A stretch of 64,000 nt of DNA, taken from contig OZ249440.1 of the NCBI GenBank assembly GCA_965235115.1, forward strand, positions 35,652,001 to 35,716,000, written 5' to 3'. The position numbers and the translations under genes were made by a program. The notes under the pieces are model-generated. The model was given only the letters and a program-made list of their open reading frames with translations, was not told the DNA's origin and did not search any database. The DNA comes from Laetmonice hystrix. Taxonomy: Eukaryota. Positions within the stretch are counted from its first letter, which is position 1. Every line of letters begins with the position of its first letter. Below are positions 13,661 through 26,700 of this stretch, one piece after another.

Positions 13661-15232
13661 GACAATTATGCTGCCAAGATCCTTTCATTTCTTTTATAAG
13701 CTTATATCGCTTGGCATTGGGGACAGGATGTACAAATGCTTACAGAATATATATCAAGGGTGTAAATCTGTTGTAGATGTAAATGGATTTGCTACACCAT
13801 TCTTTCAAACTGTGGCGTGAGACAGGGGGACTCTATTTCGCCGACTCTTTTTGGTTTATACATTAACGACTTAATTTAAGATTTGAAAGATTCTAATTGT
13901 GGAGTAGAAATAGATGGAGTACATAGGCCTTGTCTAATCTATGCAGACGATATTGCGCTCATTGCAGACTCGGAAGAAGATTTACAGGAGATGTTAAAGG
14001 TACTGCAGGATTGGTGTAGAAAATGGCGTATGCGAGTAAACACTTCCAAATCAAAAGTAGTGCACTATAGGAATAAAAGTCAGAATAAAAGTCAGAATAG
14101 AACAAAGGTGAACTTTGAATTTGGAACTGGTAAACTGGAAGTAATTGATAAATATAATAGATTACAACACTACAGCATCAATACTGGCAGAGTCTGGTGA
14201 AAGGTACAATTGTGGGGTCGCACCCATTCTGGATTATGGATCAGGTGTGTGGGGATTTTTAGATTATGATAAAGTAAACACCATCCCAAATAGAGCTATA
14301 AGATTTTATTTAGGAGTGCACAGATTTGCGCCAAATTTGGCTATTAACGGTGATATGGGGTGGATCAGATGCAGAACAAGAAGAAAAATTGAAATGTTAA
14401 AACTGTGGAATAGACTACTTAATATGGAAGAAGAGAGATTAACTAAACAAATATTTCGCTGGGACAAAAGATTATGCAGAAATAATTGGAGTGCTGACTT
14501 AAAAAAAATATTCATTGAACTAGATTTACTCCCCTATTTTGAGGAAGAGACAGGTGTAAATACAGATCTTGCTAGAGACAAGATTGAAAATAATTTGGGT
14601 GAAATTTGGAAAACTGTAATTGTAAACATCCCCAAATTAAGAACATATTGCACTTTTAAGAATGAATACAAAGTGGAACCATACGTATGTCACTTCTTGA
14701 AAAGAGGCCACAGGTCCATCCTTGCACAATTACGAACAGGAATTTTACCTTTGAGAATAGAGACAGGTCGGTACCAAAATATCCCAATAGAATTTAGATT
14801 ATGCTTAATGTGTAATAGAAATGTCTGTGAGAATGAAAGGCATTTCATGTTTGAATGTGAACGCTATGATAATATCAGACAGACTTTTTATAATAAGGTG
14901 GTCGATGAATTTCCAAATTTCCTTGAGTGTGAAGATTCTGATAAATTTAAGATCATTATGAAAGAGGAGGTTTTCAAATTCACAGCTTCGTATGTTTGGG
15001 AGGCATATTCTGCTAGAAGACGACTCATGTATATGTAAGCACCTGTCGGTAGTGTCGTGCTAAATGTAGTAAAATTTTGTTATTTAATTCAGGAAATAGT
15101 GACTTGTAAGCCCAAGAGGGCTGGGTGAGAATTGTATAGTACAATGTTTTAAGAGCGACAGTATACGACAACCGTCCGTTACACTGTACAATATGCTCAC
15201 ATGTCACTGAAATAAAGAATATCTATCTATGT
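13660..15232 (+). mobile_element. 5'-truncated CR1/L2-group LINE (RT C-terminal half, 3' UTR, (TATC)n tail)
   Basis: GVRQGDSISPTLFGLYIND, LIYADDIAL, PILDYG, LRIETGRY..RLCLMC..ENERHFMFEC; ends AATAAAGAATATCTATCTAT; frameshifted. Confidence 0.85.
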
Positions 15233-15964
15233 CTATTCAATCTTTTTTAGGCTTATTCTACACTAAACCCTCTGTAAGCAGAGCAAATTCCAGCCTTCTA
15301 AATTTAAAAACCTTAAAGGTACAGGTATTTGAAAACCTACTCAGAATTGGTGGTGCGCTTTTGTCGGCAACCCCCCACCTCATATTTGGAGGCCCCAGAG
15401 ACACAAATTTCATCCAAATGCTTAGCAAATTTGCAGAGGTGGCGAGACCTCCCTTACATAAATGGCGTCCCTGGGTGGCCCGACACATCATCCTGTGCGC
15501 AACATTGGTCAGCTTGATCTTTTTCATCTGGACATGCTTGGAAAGTCAGCAAGGTCCAATTCCATGGACACACGGTCATGGACACACGGTAGGTCTGGTT
15601 CCTAGTTTTTCTGCCTGTCTTTGTAACCAGCTGGCAAATGTTTTCGTGCTCACGTATGCCTCTATATCCGTACCGCCTCTATCGAACCGACTATTGATAT
15701 TATCTGATATTGTCTGGTTCTCGCCGTATCTAAGCGTCAGTATAGACCGATGCGGCAGAAAATACTCATTACTTACCAACCATGTACCTTAATCCCCCCC
15801 CCCCCCCCAGGGATGGTACAACTTGGTTTCCCACCGTGTTTAGAATTCTTGAGGAATTCTTACGGTGACATCAATGTTTTTGGTGTATGGCTCGGTACGA
15901 TCTGATTGTAGTGGAAGGAGACGTTATTTCCTTCTTTTGTCGTTTTTTTTTCCTTCGGGAAAGT

Positions 15965-16285
15965 GAGTGAGTGAGTAGTGGTGGTTTTGCGCCGTGTCGG
16001 CATCCGGGGCCATCTTCACGGCGAAAACAGAGTTATAAGACCATAAAACTAAAGGAACCTATTTTATCCCGGGTCCCAACGGGAACACCACCAAAACACA
16101 TCTATAAAAGAGTCAGAAGTCCAGCCTCTGACAAGAACTCTAAAATCACTCCTGGTCTGATATTGCTAAAAAGATCCCTAAGACTCGTCTCTTTATAAAA
16201 CCTTTGTCTGATGAGAGTAAAATCACCACATTCGAGTAAAAGATGATTCAGTGTCAAAGGACACTGACAGCCATAACATTCTGGA
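15965..16285 (-). mobile_element. I-group LINE 3' fragment flanked by a direct duplication of about 100 bp
   Basis: GGTGACATCAATG...CCTTCGGGAAAGT at 15864-15964 and 16286-16389. Confidence 0.85.
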
Positions 16286-16399
16286 GGTGACATCAATGTT
16301 TTTGGTGTATGGCTCTGTACGATCTGATTGTAGTGGAAGAAGGAGACGTTATTTCCTTCTTTGGTCGTTTTTTTTTCCTTCGGGAAAGTCCTTACTTCG

Positions 16400-18480
16400 T
16401 TGGTGAGATGCGTAGCCCTTGTCTTTGTCTTTGAAGACTCGAATCCGTAAGGGTATTCCAAAATGGAAGCATTGCAAGCTGCCGTTGCCGATCGGGAAGC
16501 CGCGCTTAAGGAACGCGATGAAATGCTACGACAGTGCCGAACTTGAACAGCGTACTACATATATTGCGAAAGTCGAATCCGCAGTTGCGAGTCGTGATGC
16601 CCAAATCAAAGATCTTGTGGGGCGACTAGAATACCTTAATCGTCATCAGGAAGAAATTCCTAATGCGCCGATTATGACCGAGGAACATGCCTCCAAACAA
16701 CGTGAACAGCACCTTGCTGGTTTCATGCAAGGAGCCGCTGTTGCTGACGGCATAGACCAAGTAGCCCTCAAAGGTTGGTTGGAATGCGTCAGTACGGCCT
16801 TTGTGTTTATCTCTGATCTAAAGATAATCGAAGCAAGACGAGGTCTGGCCAAAGTTAGTAGTGGACCTCTCCGTCAAGCTTTTCTTGATTATGTCGATCC
16901 TTTGATTATGTCGATCCTAATCCTACCTTGAATTCACTTATAGAGTGGATAAAGACTTGTGTAGCTCGCGGGATAGACTTGCCGAAATCCGTGAACTCGA
17001 AACCTATTGGCAAGCTCTAACTCAACCGTTGTCACATTATGTCGCGCAATATAAGGTGAAAGTTGGCAAGGCGTACCATACTGCCGAAATCAACAGCAAC
17101 CTTGCAACTGATTCGACAATTTGTAAACGGACTGCTGGATCCAAAACTGCGTTTAGCTACAGCTCAGAAGGGTCCCAAAACCATTACTGAAGCATACGAG
17201 TATGCAATTGGGTGCGAGCGCAACATGTCCTGGGTCAATTTTGGAGAAGAGCCCATGGATTTAGATAGTCATCGGGGTGAAAAAGGTAAATCCACAGGTC
17301 AACTACTACCCCCTGCGACTGGAGACGATTCGAAATTGGTTGTAACAAAAAACCTACAGAGCATGGTAGAGCATGCTGTATCAAAGCAGATCTCTGGACT
17401 GCAAAAACAAATTGGTGATTTACGCCAAAAACAGCGCATACCTCCAGTACAGGAGGAGCGTTGGTCACACCAATCCCCTGTAAATAGTGTGCCTGTCCAG
17501 TGCTATTACTGTCAAAAATTAGGGCACATGAAGCGTGAGTGCCGGAAACGCATGAGAGACGAGGGGCAGCAGTCACCTCACCTCTCCCCGCATGGTTCGG
17601 GAAACGTGTAGGACCCGGTGCCGGCGATGGGTATGACTCTCGGTTGTTTATTGCCTTAGACATTCAGGGTCATAGGTTGTCCACTCTTGTCGACACCGGG
17701 GCGGCTCGTACAATAATGGACGTCCGTCTATATAAAAAACTGTTTGGTGAAAGTAGAGCTCTATTTGTTAAAACGTCAGATTACAGGGAACTTCAGGAAC
17801 AGAACTACCAGTGCACGGTAAAGTGTTTATCAAAATTCATGATGAAATTCTCCCTGTATGTCTTGTCACATCTCGTTCACCGACCCTATGTATATTGGGC
17901 CACGATTCACTGAAGCTGCTGGAAGCTAAGGTTGATGTGTATAAGCACCAAGTCACTCTGAAAGGAATGGTCTATGGCTCTGTGCCTAAACCATATCCCT
18001 GTGACAATATGACGGTAACGCAAGATGCAAATTGGGAACAGTCTTGGGCACATGAATTCCCCACAGTGTTTACTCCTGACGAAAGTATTGGCTGTAATTA
18101 AAATGGAGTTACGTTTGACAGACGACACCCCTTCACAAACAAAAAGAAATTGACGATCAAATTGAAGATCTCGTAAAAAAGAGAATTATTAGGCCTAGTA
18201 ACTCGGCCTGGGCTTCTCCTGTTACGTTAGTACCTAAAAAGGATGGAGGTACGCGTATGTGCGTCGACTTTAGAGCTCTTAATAAACAAACTCACATGGA
18301 TGCATACCCGATGCCTCGTATCCAGGATATTTTGGATCAGATGAGGGGAAGTACCCATTTCTCTCTCGTCGATCTACGGTCTGGGTACAATCAGCTACCT
18401 ATGCATGAAAACTCGATCCCAATGACTGCCTTCGTTGCACATGCCGGTCTCTTTGAGTACACAAGGATGCCGTTTGGTTT
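16400..18480 (+). mobile_element. Gypsy LTR retrotransposon gag-protease-RT fragment, frameshifted, truncated inside RT
   Basis: CYYCQKLGHMKREC knuckle, LVDTGA protease, WASPVTLVPKKDGGTRMCVDFRALN..DLRSGYNQ..TRMPFGL; ends at an I tail. Confidence 0.9.
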
Positions 18481-18790
18481 GAGTGAGTGAGTGAGTGAGT
18501 GAGTGAGTAGTGGTGGTTTTGCGCCGTGTCGGCATCTGGGGCCATCTTCGTGGCGAGTGAGTGAGTGAGTGAGTAGTGGTGGTTTTGCGCTGTGTCGGCA
18601 TCCGGGGCCATCCTCACGGCGAAAACAGAGTTATAAAACCATAAAACAAAAGGAACCTATTTTATCCCGGGTCCCAACGGGAACACCACCAAAACACATC
18701 TATAAAAGAGTCAGAAGTCCAGCCTCTGACAAGAACTCTAAAATCACTCCTGATCTGATATTGCTTAAAAGATCCTTAAGACTCGTCTCA
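18481..18790 (-). mobile_element. Two tandem I-group LINE 3' ends (18481-18555, 18556-18790)
   Basis: Two successive (GAGT)n-AGTGGTGGTTTTGCG units. Confidence 0.9.
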
Positions 18791-19290
18791 GGCCTCTGAA
18801 TCAGAAATCATACAACCAAAAAAGTGGACAGATTTTTCAAAGATAATTCAAGAGAAATTGTCCCATGGAAACAAATATAAAGGAGTAGCACGAAAGCACT
18901 ACACACAATTCATGATCAATTCTGGCAGACCTGTATCTGTATTGAAATGTTGACTGGTAGTCAATAGCAACAATTTTGTCCTTGGTGCTTCGCCCGATGG
19001 TAAGGTCATTGACCATACAGCCGAGCCTCCTTTTGGAATAATAGAGATAAAGTGTCCGCACAACCAACGCGACCAAGATCCAATAATAGCAGCCAGAATG
19101 AATACAGGTAACCTTTGTCTGAAGATGGACAATAATGAGATTGTATTAAATACTGAGCATGAATATTTTGCACAGATCCAGGGACAACTGGCACTCACTG
19201 GAGCAGCATGGTGTGATTTCATTTGTTACACTCACAGAGGACTAGTCATACATCGGATTGTGCCTAATGAAGATTTCATAAGATGCCGAA
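18791..19290 (+). pseudogene. YqaJ/lambda-exonuclease-like (PD-(D/E)xK) fragment, probably from a DNA transposon such as ISL2EU/Harbinger-like
   Basis: LGASPDGKVID..FGIIEIKCP and YFAQIQGQLALTGAAWCDF motifs. Confidence 0.75.
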
Positions 19291-20099
19291 ACTTCTCAGT
19301 TTCTATGCAAAATTCATGCAGCCCTGCCTGTTTAATCACAGAAAGAATTCTGAAATGGGACAGAAGTAGTAAATATACTTTATAGGGTCGGAGTATTTCT
19401 GGTTTGTCACAATCCACTTGCCCTTGTGTTTAAAGTGAGACTATCCATAGCCAGTGAGCATTCTGGGGCCAGTTTGTCTGTGTTTTCATGCTTACCTCAT
19501 CAAATCTTTGCATTTTCTGTCACCAGGAAACATCGGAGTTTTAATTTATTTTAAGCAGACAGAAGTGAAATGCACCATCAGCCTCACATTCCACACTTCT
19601 TGTCCGAAACACCCAAAACAACGTTGCCTTGTTGTTCACCAGTCGGGAGGCATAGGACACTTAGGTGAAATTGCCTGCACACATCAATATATGCCTAGTT
19701 TCCCAGCGAAACCTTTCATATTTCACATCTTCGCTTCAGTAATTGGGCTGTCAAAATTTCCATAACTTTTCCAAAACTTTCCACGGCCCACAAATCCATA
19801 TTTCCAAAACTATTTTTTAAGCTAACTCAAAAACAACAAGGAGATTTTGTGTTTTTTAGACATGTGTTTATTCATTGTCAGAGTAAAGACCTTTGCCACA
19901 ACTGGGTGTCGTGATATAATATATATATATATATATATTAGTCCATTATATTATTATGAAAAATAAATAAATACAAGAAATCCTTGGCTGATATGCCAAG
20001 TTGGGGGTTGGGGTGGAGGGGTAGGGGTAGGGACACCTTAGCAGCCGGCGGAGTCGGCGGGCAGCATTGTTTTAAGATAGGCCGACTTGTAGTCATACC

Positions 20100-23000
20100 G
20101 TCCTTGAATACAGGCGGTTCCAGGCTGTCTCCGTTTTGCCCCCGACAGTGTTGTGGCAGACGAGGCCAGGCACGTTCCAAAGTGGCTTGCGGTGTTTGTC
20201 AAGTGGAAATTTCCCAACCTGCACGACATTACCGGAGGGTACATGGATGGACTGCAAACGAAGCAAAGCATTGGAAAACGAAGTTCAGTAGTGAGTGAGT
20301 GAGTGAGTAGTGGTGGTTTTGCGCCGTGTCGGCATCCGGGGCCATCTTCACGGCGAAAACAGAGTTATAAGACCATAAAACTAAAGGAACCTATTTTATG
20401 AGTGAGTGAGTGAGTAGTGGTGGTTTTGCGCCGTGTCGGCATCCGGGGCCATCCTCACGGCGAAAACAAGAGTTATAACACCATAAAATCACCGCCAAAA
20501 CACATCTATAAAAGAGCCAGCCTCTGACAAGAACTCTAAAATCACTCCTGGTCTGATATTGCTAAAAAGATCCCTAAGACTCGTCTCATTATAAAACCTT
20601 TGTCTGATGAGAGTAAAATCACCACATTCGAGTAAAAGATGATTCAGTGTCAAAGGACACTGACAGCCATAACATTCCGGAGGTGGCTCCCCCTTCAATA
20701 AAAACACATGAGTTAATCTAGAATGACCAACTCTGCATCGAGTAAAAACAATTTCATGCCTCCGTTGGGTTAGGCCATGATGATACCTTTGGTTTACGGT
20801 GGGACTGATCTGATACAACTTATTGTTTGGTTGTTCATCCCATTCGGCCTGCCATTTGTTTTTAACATAAGCCCAGATGGTAGGTCTGAGGTCAGAGGCT
20901 GGGATTGGACACAATTCGACGTCTGTTTCAAGAGCTCTCTTGGCAGTTCTGTCTGCTTGCTCATTGCCGGGGATGTCAACATGACCAGGCACCCAGCAAA
21001 AGTGAATGTCAAAGTTTGCATTGGCAAGCATTGCCAACTTGGACAAGATTCGAACGATCACCGGCTATGCAGGGAGATTACTCAATCTGCATTTGGCGAG
21101 GTATTTACAATTTTTAGTCCGTTTTTCTGGATCTGTTAATTTATTTATTTTTCATACAGCCCGTTAAAGGAAGCACATCATTACAGTAATTATTAGCATT
21201 TATGAGCGGTGGATTTGGGAGGTGGGGAGGGGCGTTGTTATTTCTACTGATTTTTTTTTTTTTTTTCATCACATAATTAAATTTATGTCATGTCGCTCAA
21301 TCCTGCGGTCTATTCTCTTTTAATATAGGACGCCTCACGGGGGTGTGACACTAGACCGACAGCAACGCATTTCTGCAGTGCGTGCAGCGCGTGTTTAGAA
21401 GCCTTTGGAGCAACCTTCCGTCATTGGAGAATGGCCGACAAGACAGTCAGTAACACCGACACCTGATAATCACGATGGGGAAGCTTTGGTCAATCGAGAA
21501 CGGCCGACAACACCGCCACCTGATAATCACGATGAGGAAGCTTCGGTCATTGGAGAACCGCCGACAACACAGCCAGTAACACCGACGTCTAACGAGACTG
21601 ATTTGAAGGTAGGTATTGTTTGAAATGGTGACTCAGGGTTTAGTCAGCCGGGGGTCAGTCAGTTGGGTGCCCGGAGGTGGGGGGGGGGGGGGATCTGACG
21701 ATGTTGATATTGATTTCACGGCTGTACCGCCTCATTGATTTATTGATTGATTGTTTGATTGATTAACTATTTGAATGATTGATTGTTTTATTTTGAAACC
21801 TTGTTCTTGCAGGTACTTCTCGGCAGGTTTGAAGAATGGCTTTCTACCCTCACTGGCGGCGAGGTCGCCCCTCCAAGGGCCAAGGAAGTCCAGCGGGCTT
21901 TGACCAGGGTGCTCGTCACATACGGCGAATTACAGACGGTCGGTGCCATGATGGAGGATGCTCTGCTTTGAGCGTTGGGCGACGGAAGAATTGAGGAGTG
22001 GCAGTCGCAGCGCCAAGACTTTACTGATGTACCGAGCTCACTTGGTCAGTTTGTTGCGCTACATCACCATTGCCACCGGGTTGGAGAGCGCATCCTTCCA
22101 GGCACGCCCGGTAGGCCTCTGCAAAAGTCTGTCCCGCCGTGGACTGGAGCAGGATGCCGTGACAGCCCAGGTCAACATCATTGCACGTTTGATAATGATC
22201 CTTTTTATAATAATCATTTCATGATAATTTTTTCCGATCAATTTATTAGGAATTTTTAATACTATTTCTATTATGCAAGTGCATTAATGTAGGCTGCTGG
22301 TTCTTTGTCGATCACAGACCGATTGCTGACCGCGCGGCCTACCGGGGCTGTGGTCGGGTCGCGGATGCCAGAGCCATGTTGGAGTCTGCCGACCCCCAGC
22401 GGTTGAGTGGATTTACCCGGAAAAGCGAGTTAGTGGGCGCATTCCACAGACTTCGGAATCACTTGATGGTCCAGGTGTTGCTGTCTAATGCTTGCCGTGC
22501 GGGTGGCTTGATTGGCCTGACGAATGGCCAGGTATCGGCAGCGCGTCCCTCAGAGGGATCGTTTGTTTACACGGCGAGTTGAAATGTATTTCTGGCATTT
22601 AAATTTATGGTATTGTCGTCAGCCTGGTAATATATAGAAAGAATGGGATGTTGATCTATGGCTTTGATTGATTGATTGATTGATTGACACTGATACTTTT
22701 TTTTATTTATTTCTCGGCAGGTTCCCCGGCACAAAACGTCACAAACGCACGGTGCGCTAAAGGTTTGAGTTGCGCCATGCGACCCTGTCTTTCCCACGCC
22801 ACGGGGAGCCCCCATGTCGAACTTGGCCTGTCCTTCAAGCCGACGGCAAGGACCTTCCGCCATTCCGTGACCACCGCCGTCATGGACACGGGGGACGCCG
22901 AGAGGGCGCGCCAGGTCCGGGTGCACCTCAGGCACTCGGCCAGGACTCAGGCGCGGGTCTACGACCACAGCAAATCACCCGCCAGGGCCGTTGAAGCGTC

Positions 23001-23270
23001 CGGCAGCATTCGGAGCCTCCTCACCCGGGGTGGGGGTGAGGGGCCGGAGGAAGACCAGCGGCAAGAGGCAGCCCGGAATAGCCAGGGGGGAGCTCGGGCA
23101 CACGGCCGCTGACACTGGTCAAGAGAAGGCCGGGCATACCTACTTGCCAGTGCAATGGCCGGGAAATCGTGTCCGTGGATCCGACATCATTTGGAGACCA
23201 CGCCCAGCCTGGAGCCAGTTCTACAGCCGTTCAATGTGGGCCCGGCCTGGGGTAGTTTGGCGGAGCTAGC
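20100..23270 (+). mobile_element. Crypton-like, intron-containing tyrosine recombinase gene (decayed), interrupted by I copies at 20291-21063
   Basis: CGVC..ARHYRRVH zinc finger; LSNACRAG (R), VPRHKT (K), TARTFRHS (xxR), LRHSARTQARVY (H..Y); candidate introns 21609-21812, 22171-22317 and 22574-22720 (GC-AG). Linking the zinc finger to the recombinase is inferred. Confidence 0.65.
20291..21063 (-). mobile_element. Two tandem I-group LINE 3' fragments (20291-20398, 20399-21063)
   Basis: Two tails; ORF 20489-21061 encodes RNase H C-terminus (FCWVPGHV..GNEQAD) and CCHC. Confidence 0.9.
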
Positions 23271-23727
23271 CAAACTTATATATGACACAGTGCGTTGTGC
23301 GACAAGAAGCAAGAAGTAGCAAGAAGTAAGAAGCAAGAAGAAGTGTAGCGAGAATGAGAAACATATATATACAGTGAACATATTGAAAAAAAATTATATA
23401 TACAAAGACAGTTCTAGTTTTACCTATGGGGGTCAGGGTGAGATAATATAAGGTAGTAATTATACTAGTTGCGAGGGGGGATAGGGATAGGTCGCTGAAT
23501 TGTCTTTTATACCATGTTGTAGAAGTTTTTAACCATGGTTTTAAACTGAGGGTACGTTTTGGCTTTGCGTATTGTTTGGTGACATTGATTGTAAATAGCA
23601 CCGAATAAAATTGCAATTTGCATTGGGCGTTATATAGTTATTCATTCCTCACCAACTGACTAGCAGCGGATGAAGGACACCCCTCAGGGCCCCCTTCCCA
23701 CTCCCTGTCCCCCGTCTCAGGTTCCCT

Positions 23728-26700
23728 GAGTGAGTGAGTAGTGGTGGTTTTCCGCCGTGCCGGCATCTGGGGCCATCTTCACGGCGAAAACAGGGTTAAA
23801 AAGACCATGAAATGAAAGGAACCTATTTTATCCCGGGCCCCAACGGGAATATCATTAAAACACACTCCATCCTGTCAGCCCAACCGGGCCATCGACGAGC
23901 CTGAACTATAAAAGAGTCAGAAGTCCAGCTTCTGACAAAAACTCTAAAATCACTCCTGGTCTGACATTGTTAAAAAGATCCTTAAGACTTGTCTCACTAT
24001 AAAACCGTTGTCTGATCAGAGTAAAATCACCACACTCAAGTAAAAGATGCTTCAGTGTCAAAGGACACTGACAGCCATGACACTCTGGAGGTGGCTCCCC
24101 CTTGAATAAAAACACGTGGGTTAATCTAGAATGACCAATCCTGCATCGAGTATAAACAATTTCATGCCTACGTTGGGTTAGGCCGTGAAGACACCTTTGG
24201 TTCACGACAGGACTGATCTGGTACAATTTATTGTTTGGTTGTTCATCCCATTCAGCCTGCCATTTGTTCTTAATGTATGCCCAGATGGTAGGTCTGAGGT
24301 CAGAGGCTGGGATTGGACACAGTTCGACGTCTGTTTCAAGAGCCCTCTTGGCAGTTCTGTCAGCTTGCTCATTGCCTGGGATACCAACATGCCCAGGCAC
24401 CCAGCAAAAGTGAATATCAAAGTTTGCATTGGCAAGCACTGCCAACTTGGACAAGATTTGAACGATCACCGGGTGATCTGTGTTCAAGTTAGCAAGTGCT
24501 TGCAGACAGGATAAGGAATCCGAGAAAATGAGAAAACCCTTTTCACTAGAAACTTCAATATTTTCAAGGGCAAGAAGCAGGGCCCGGGCCTCTGCTGAGA
24601 AGATGGAACTTTGCCCTGAGATGCGGGTGCCGAAGTTGTGCTTGCCATGAACTGCAGCTGCAGACACATCACTGCCATCCTTTGAGCCATCTGTATAGAA
24701 GGCATAATGTGAGGGGTACCTTGCCTGGACGCCAAGAAAATGTTCAAAATATGTCAGGGGATGAGTCTCTGACTTCTTCAGTTGAGCCAACTGAAGGATG
24801 ACGTCAGGCTTTTCCAGGTCCCAAGGAGGAATGTTGCAAAAGTGTGTCTGCCCCAGGACGTTCAGATCAATATCCAGTTCCTCTAGATGAGGTTTCACCC
24901 TCAGTCCAAAAGGACGTATGTACGTTTCCTTTCTTTCATATAAATGTTGGAACTAAGGGTGAAAAACGCAATTGTAAGCTGGATTTGAACTGTTTGTCCC
25001 GAGCTTGACTGCATACTGCAGAGCCAGCTTCAGACGCCTGTTGTCAAGCGATGGCTCTCGGGCCTCCACATAGAGGCTCTGAACAGGAGACGTTCTAAAA
25101 GCCCCAAGTGAAAGCCGCAAACCCTGGTGGTGAACCGTGTCCAAAAGCCGAATGTAAGACTTACAAGCAAAGCCGTAAACTATGCTGCCGTAATCGAGCT
25201 TCAACCGGATTAAAGCTCTGTACAGTTGTAAAAGGACTGTACTGTCTGCCCCCCAGTTTGTGCCAGATAAAACCTTGAGAACATCCAGAGCCTTAAGGCA
25301 TCTGGATTTGAGGGATTTAATGTGAGGGATAAAAGACAGCTTGCTGTCAAAAGTGAGTCCCAGAAACTTTGTCTCTTTAACAACCTTGATAGGATCTCCA
25401 TCCATTGTCAACTCAGGGTCAAGGTGGAAAGCACGCAGTTTGCAGAAATGCATGCAGACCGTTTTAGATTTTGAAAATTTAAAACCATTTTCCACTGACC
25501 AAGTGTGGATTCTGTTGAGACAGAGTTGGAGCTGCCTCTCAATGGCATTCATGTTTTTGCCTCTGCAGCAGACGTCGAAGTCATCGACGAACAGGCTGCA
25601 GGGCATGCCAGTTTTAACCGAGTTAACAATGCTGTTGATCTTAATACTAAAAAGGGTAACGGACAAAATGCTTCCCTGAGGCACACCTAATTCTTGGTCG
25701 TGCAAGTCAGACAGGGTCGTGCCTACTCTGACTTGAAAATGTCTGTTGGATAAAAACTGAGATATGAAAAGGGGCAAACGCCCCCTAAAACCCATATCAT
25801 GTAAATCTTTTAAAATGCCGTACTTCCATGTTGTGTCGTATGCCTTTTCAAGGTCGAAAAATACGGCAACAACATGTTCACGGTTGATAAAAGCATCTCG
25901 GATGTATGTCTCGAGTCTGATTAGATGATCAAGAGTACTTCTCCCTCGCCGGAAGCCACACTGAAACTCGGTTATAAGCTGCTCAGACTCCAGCTTCCAG
26001 ACGAGGCGATCATTAATCATTCTCTCCATGGTTTTGCACAGGCAACTTGTTAAGGCTATTGGTCTGTAATTGTTAGCTTCACTATGGTCTTTTCCTGGTT
26101 TTGGGATGGGGATGATTATTGCTTCTTGCCAGGAACGGGGTATATTACCAGTTATCCAGACATTGTTGAAAATGTGAAGAAGTATGAGAAGGGTGGTATC
26201 AGGTAAATGTTTTAAAAATTGGTAATGTATTCTGTCAGGTCCAACTGCAGTGTCGTGTGATTTTTTAAGAGAGCATTTGAGTTCTTCAATAGAGAAGAGT
26301 TGGTTGTACTCTTCTCTGTTGTCAGAATGGAAGTTTAGTTTTTGTTTCTCTTTTTGAGCACGAATGGCTTGGAATGGAGGGAGGCAGTTCCTGGAGGAGG
26401 AGTTTGTTTGAAATGTTTCGGCTAGTTTGTTTGCTATTGCATCTGTGGTGGTTAATAAGGTGTTTTGATGTTTTAAGTGTTGAACTCCAGTACCACCTCC
26501 CTTGCCTTTAAGTTTCCGTATCATGTTCCAGATTTTTGTGATAGGAGTACGAGAGGTCAGGCTGGAGACATAGTCTCTCCAGCTCTGCCTCCGTCTCTTT
26601 TTACAGATACGGCGTGCCCTTGCTCTCATGATTTTAAAGTTGGTAAGGTTCACTGCAGTTGGGTGCCTGTTAAAAAGGCGTTCTGCTTTCTTCCGGTCTT

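Noticed and set aside
15875..15900. Primer-binding site and LTR for the Gypsy at 16400
   Set aside because: TGGTGTATGG follows a possible CA end, but I could not match a tRNA 3' end or find a second LTR.
15971..16198. Repeated small plus-strand ORFs (MSSGGFAPCRH...) as a gene family
   Set aside because: Antisense shadow frames of the I element 3' UTR, starting within the tail microsatellite.
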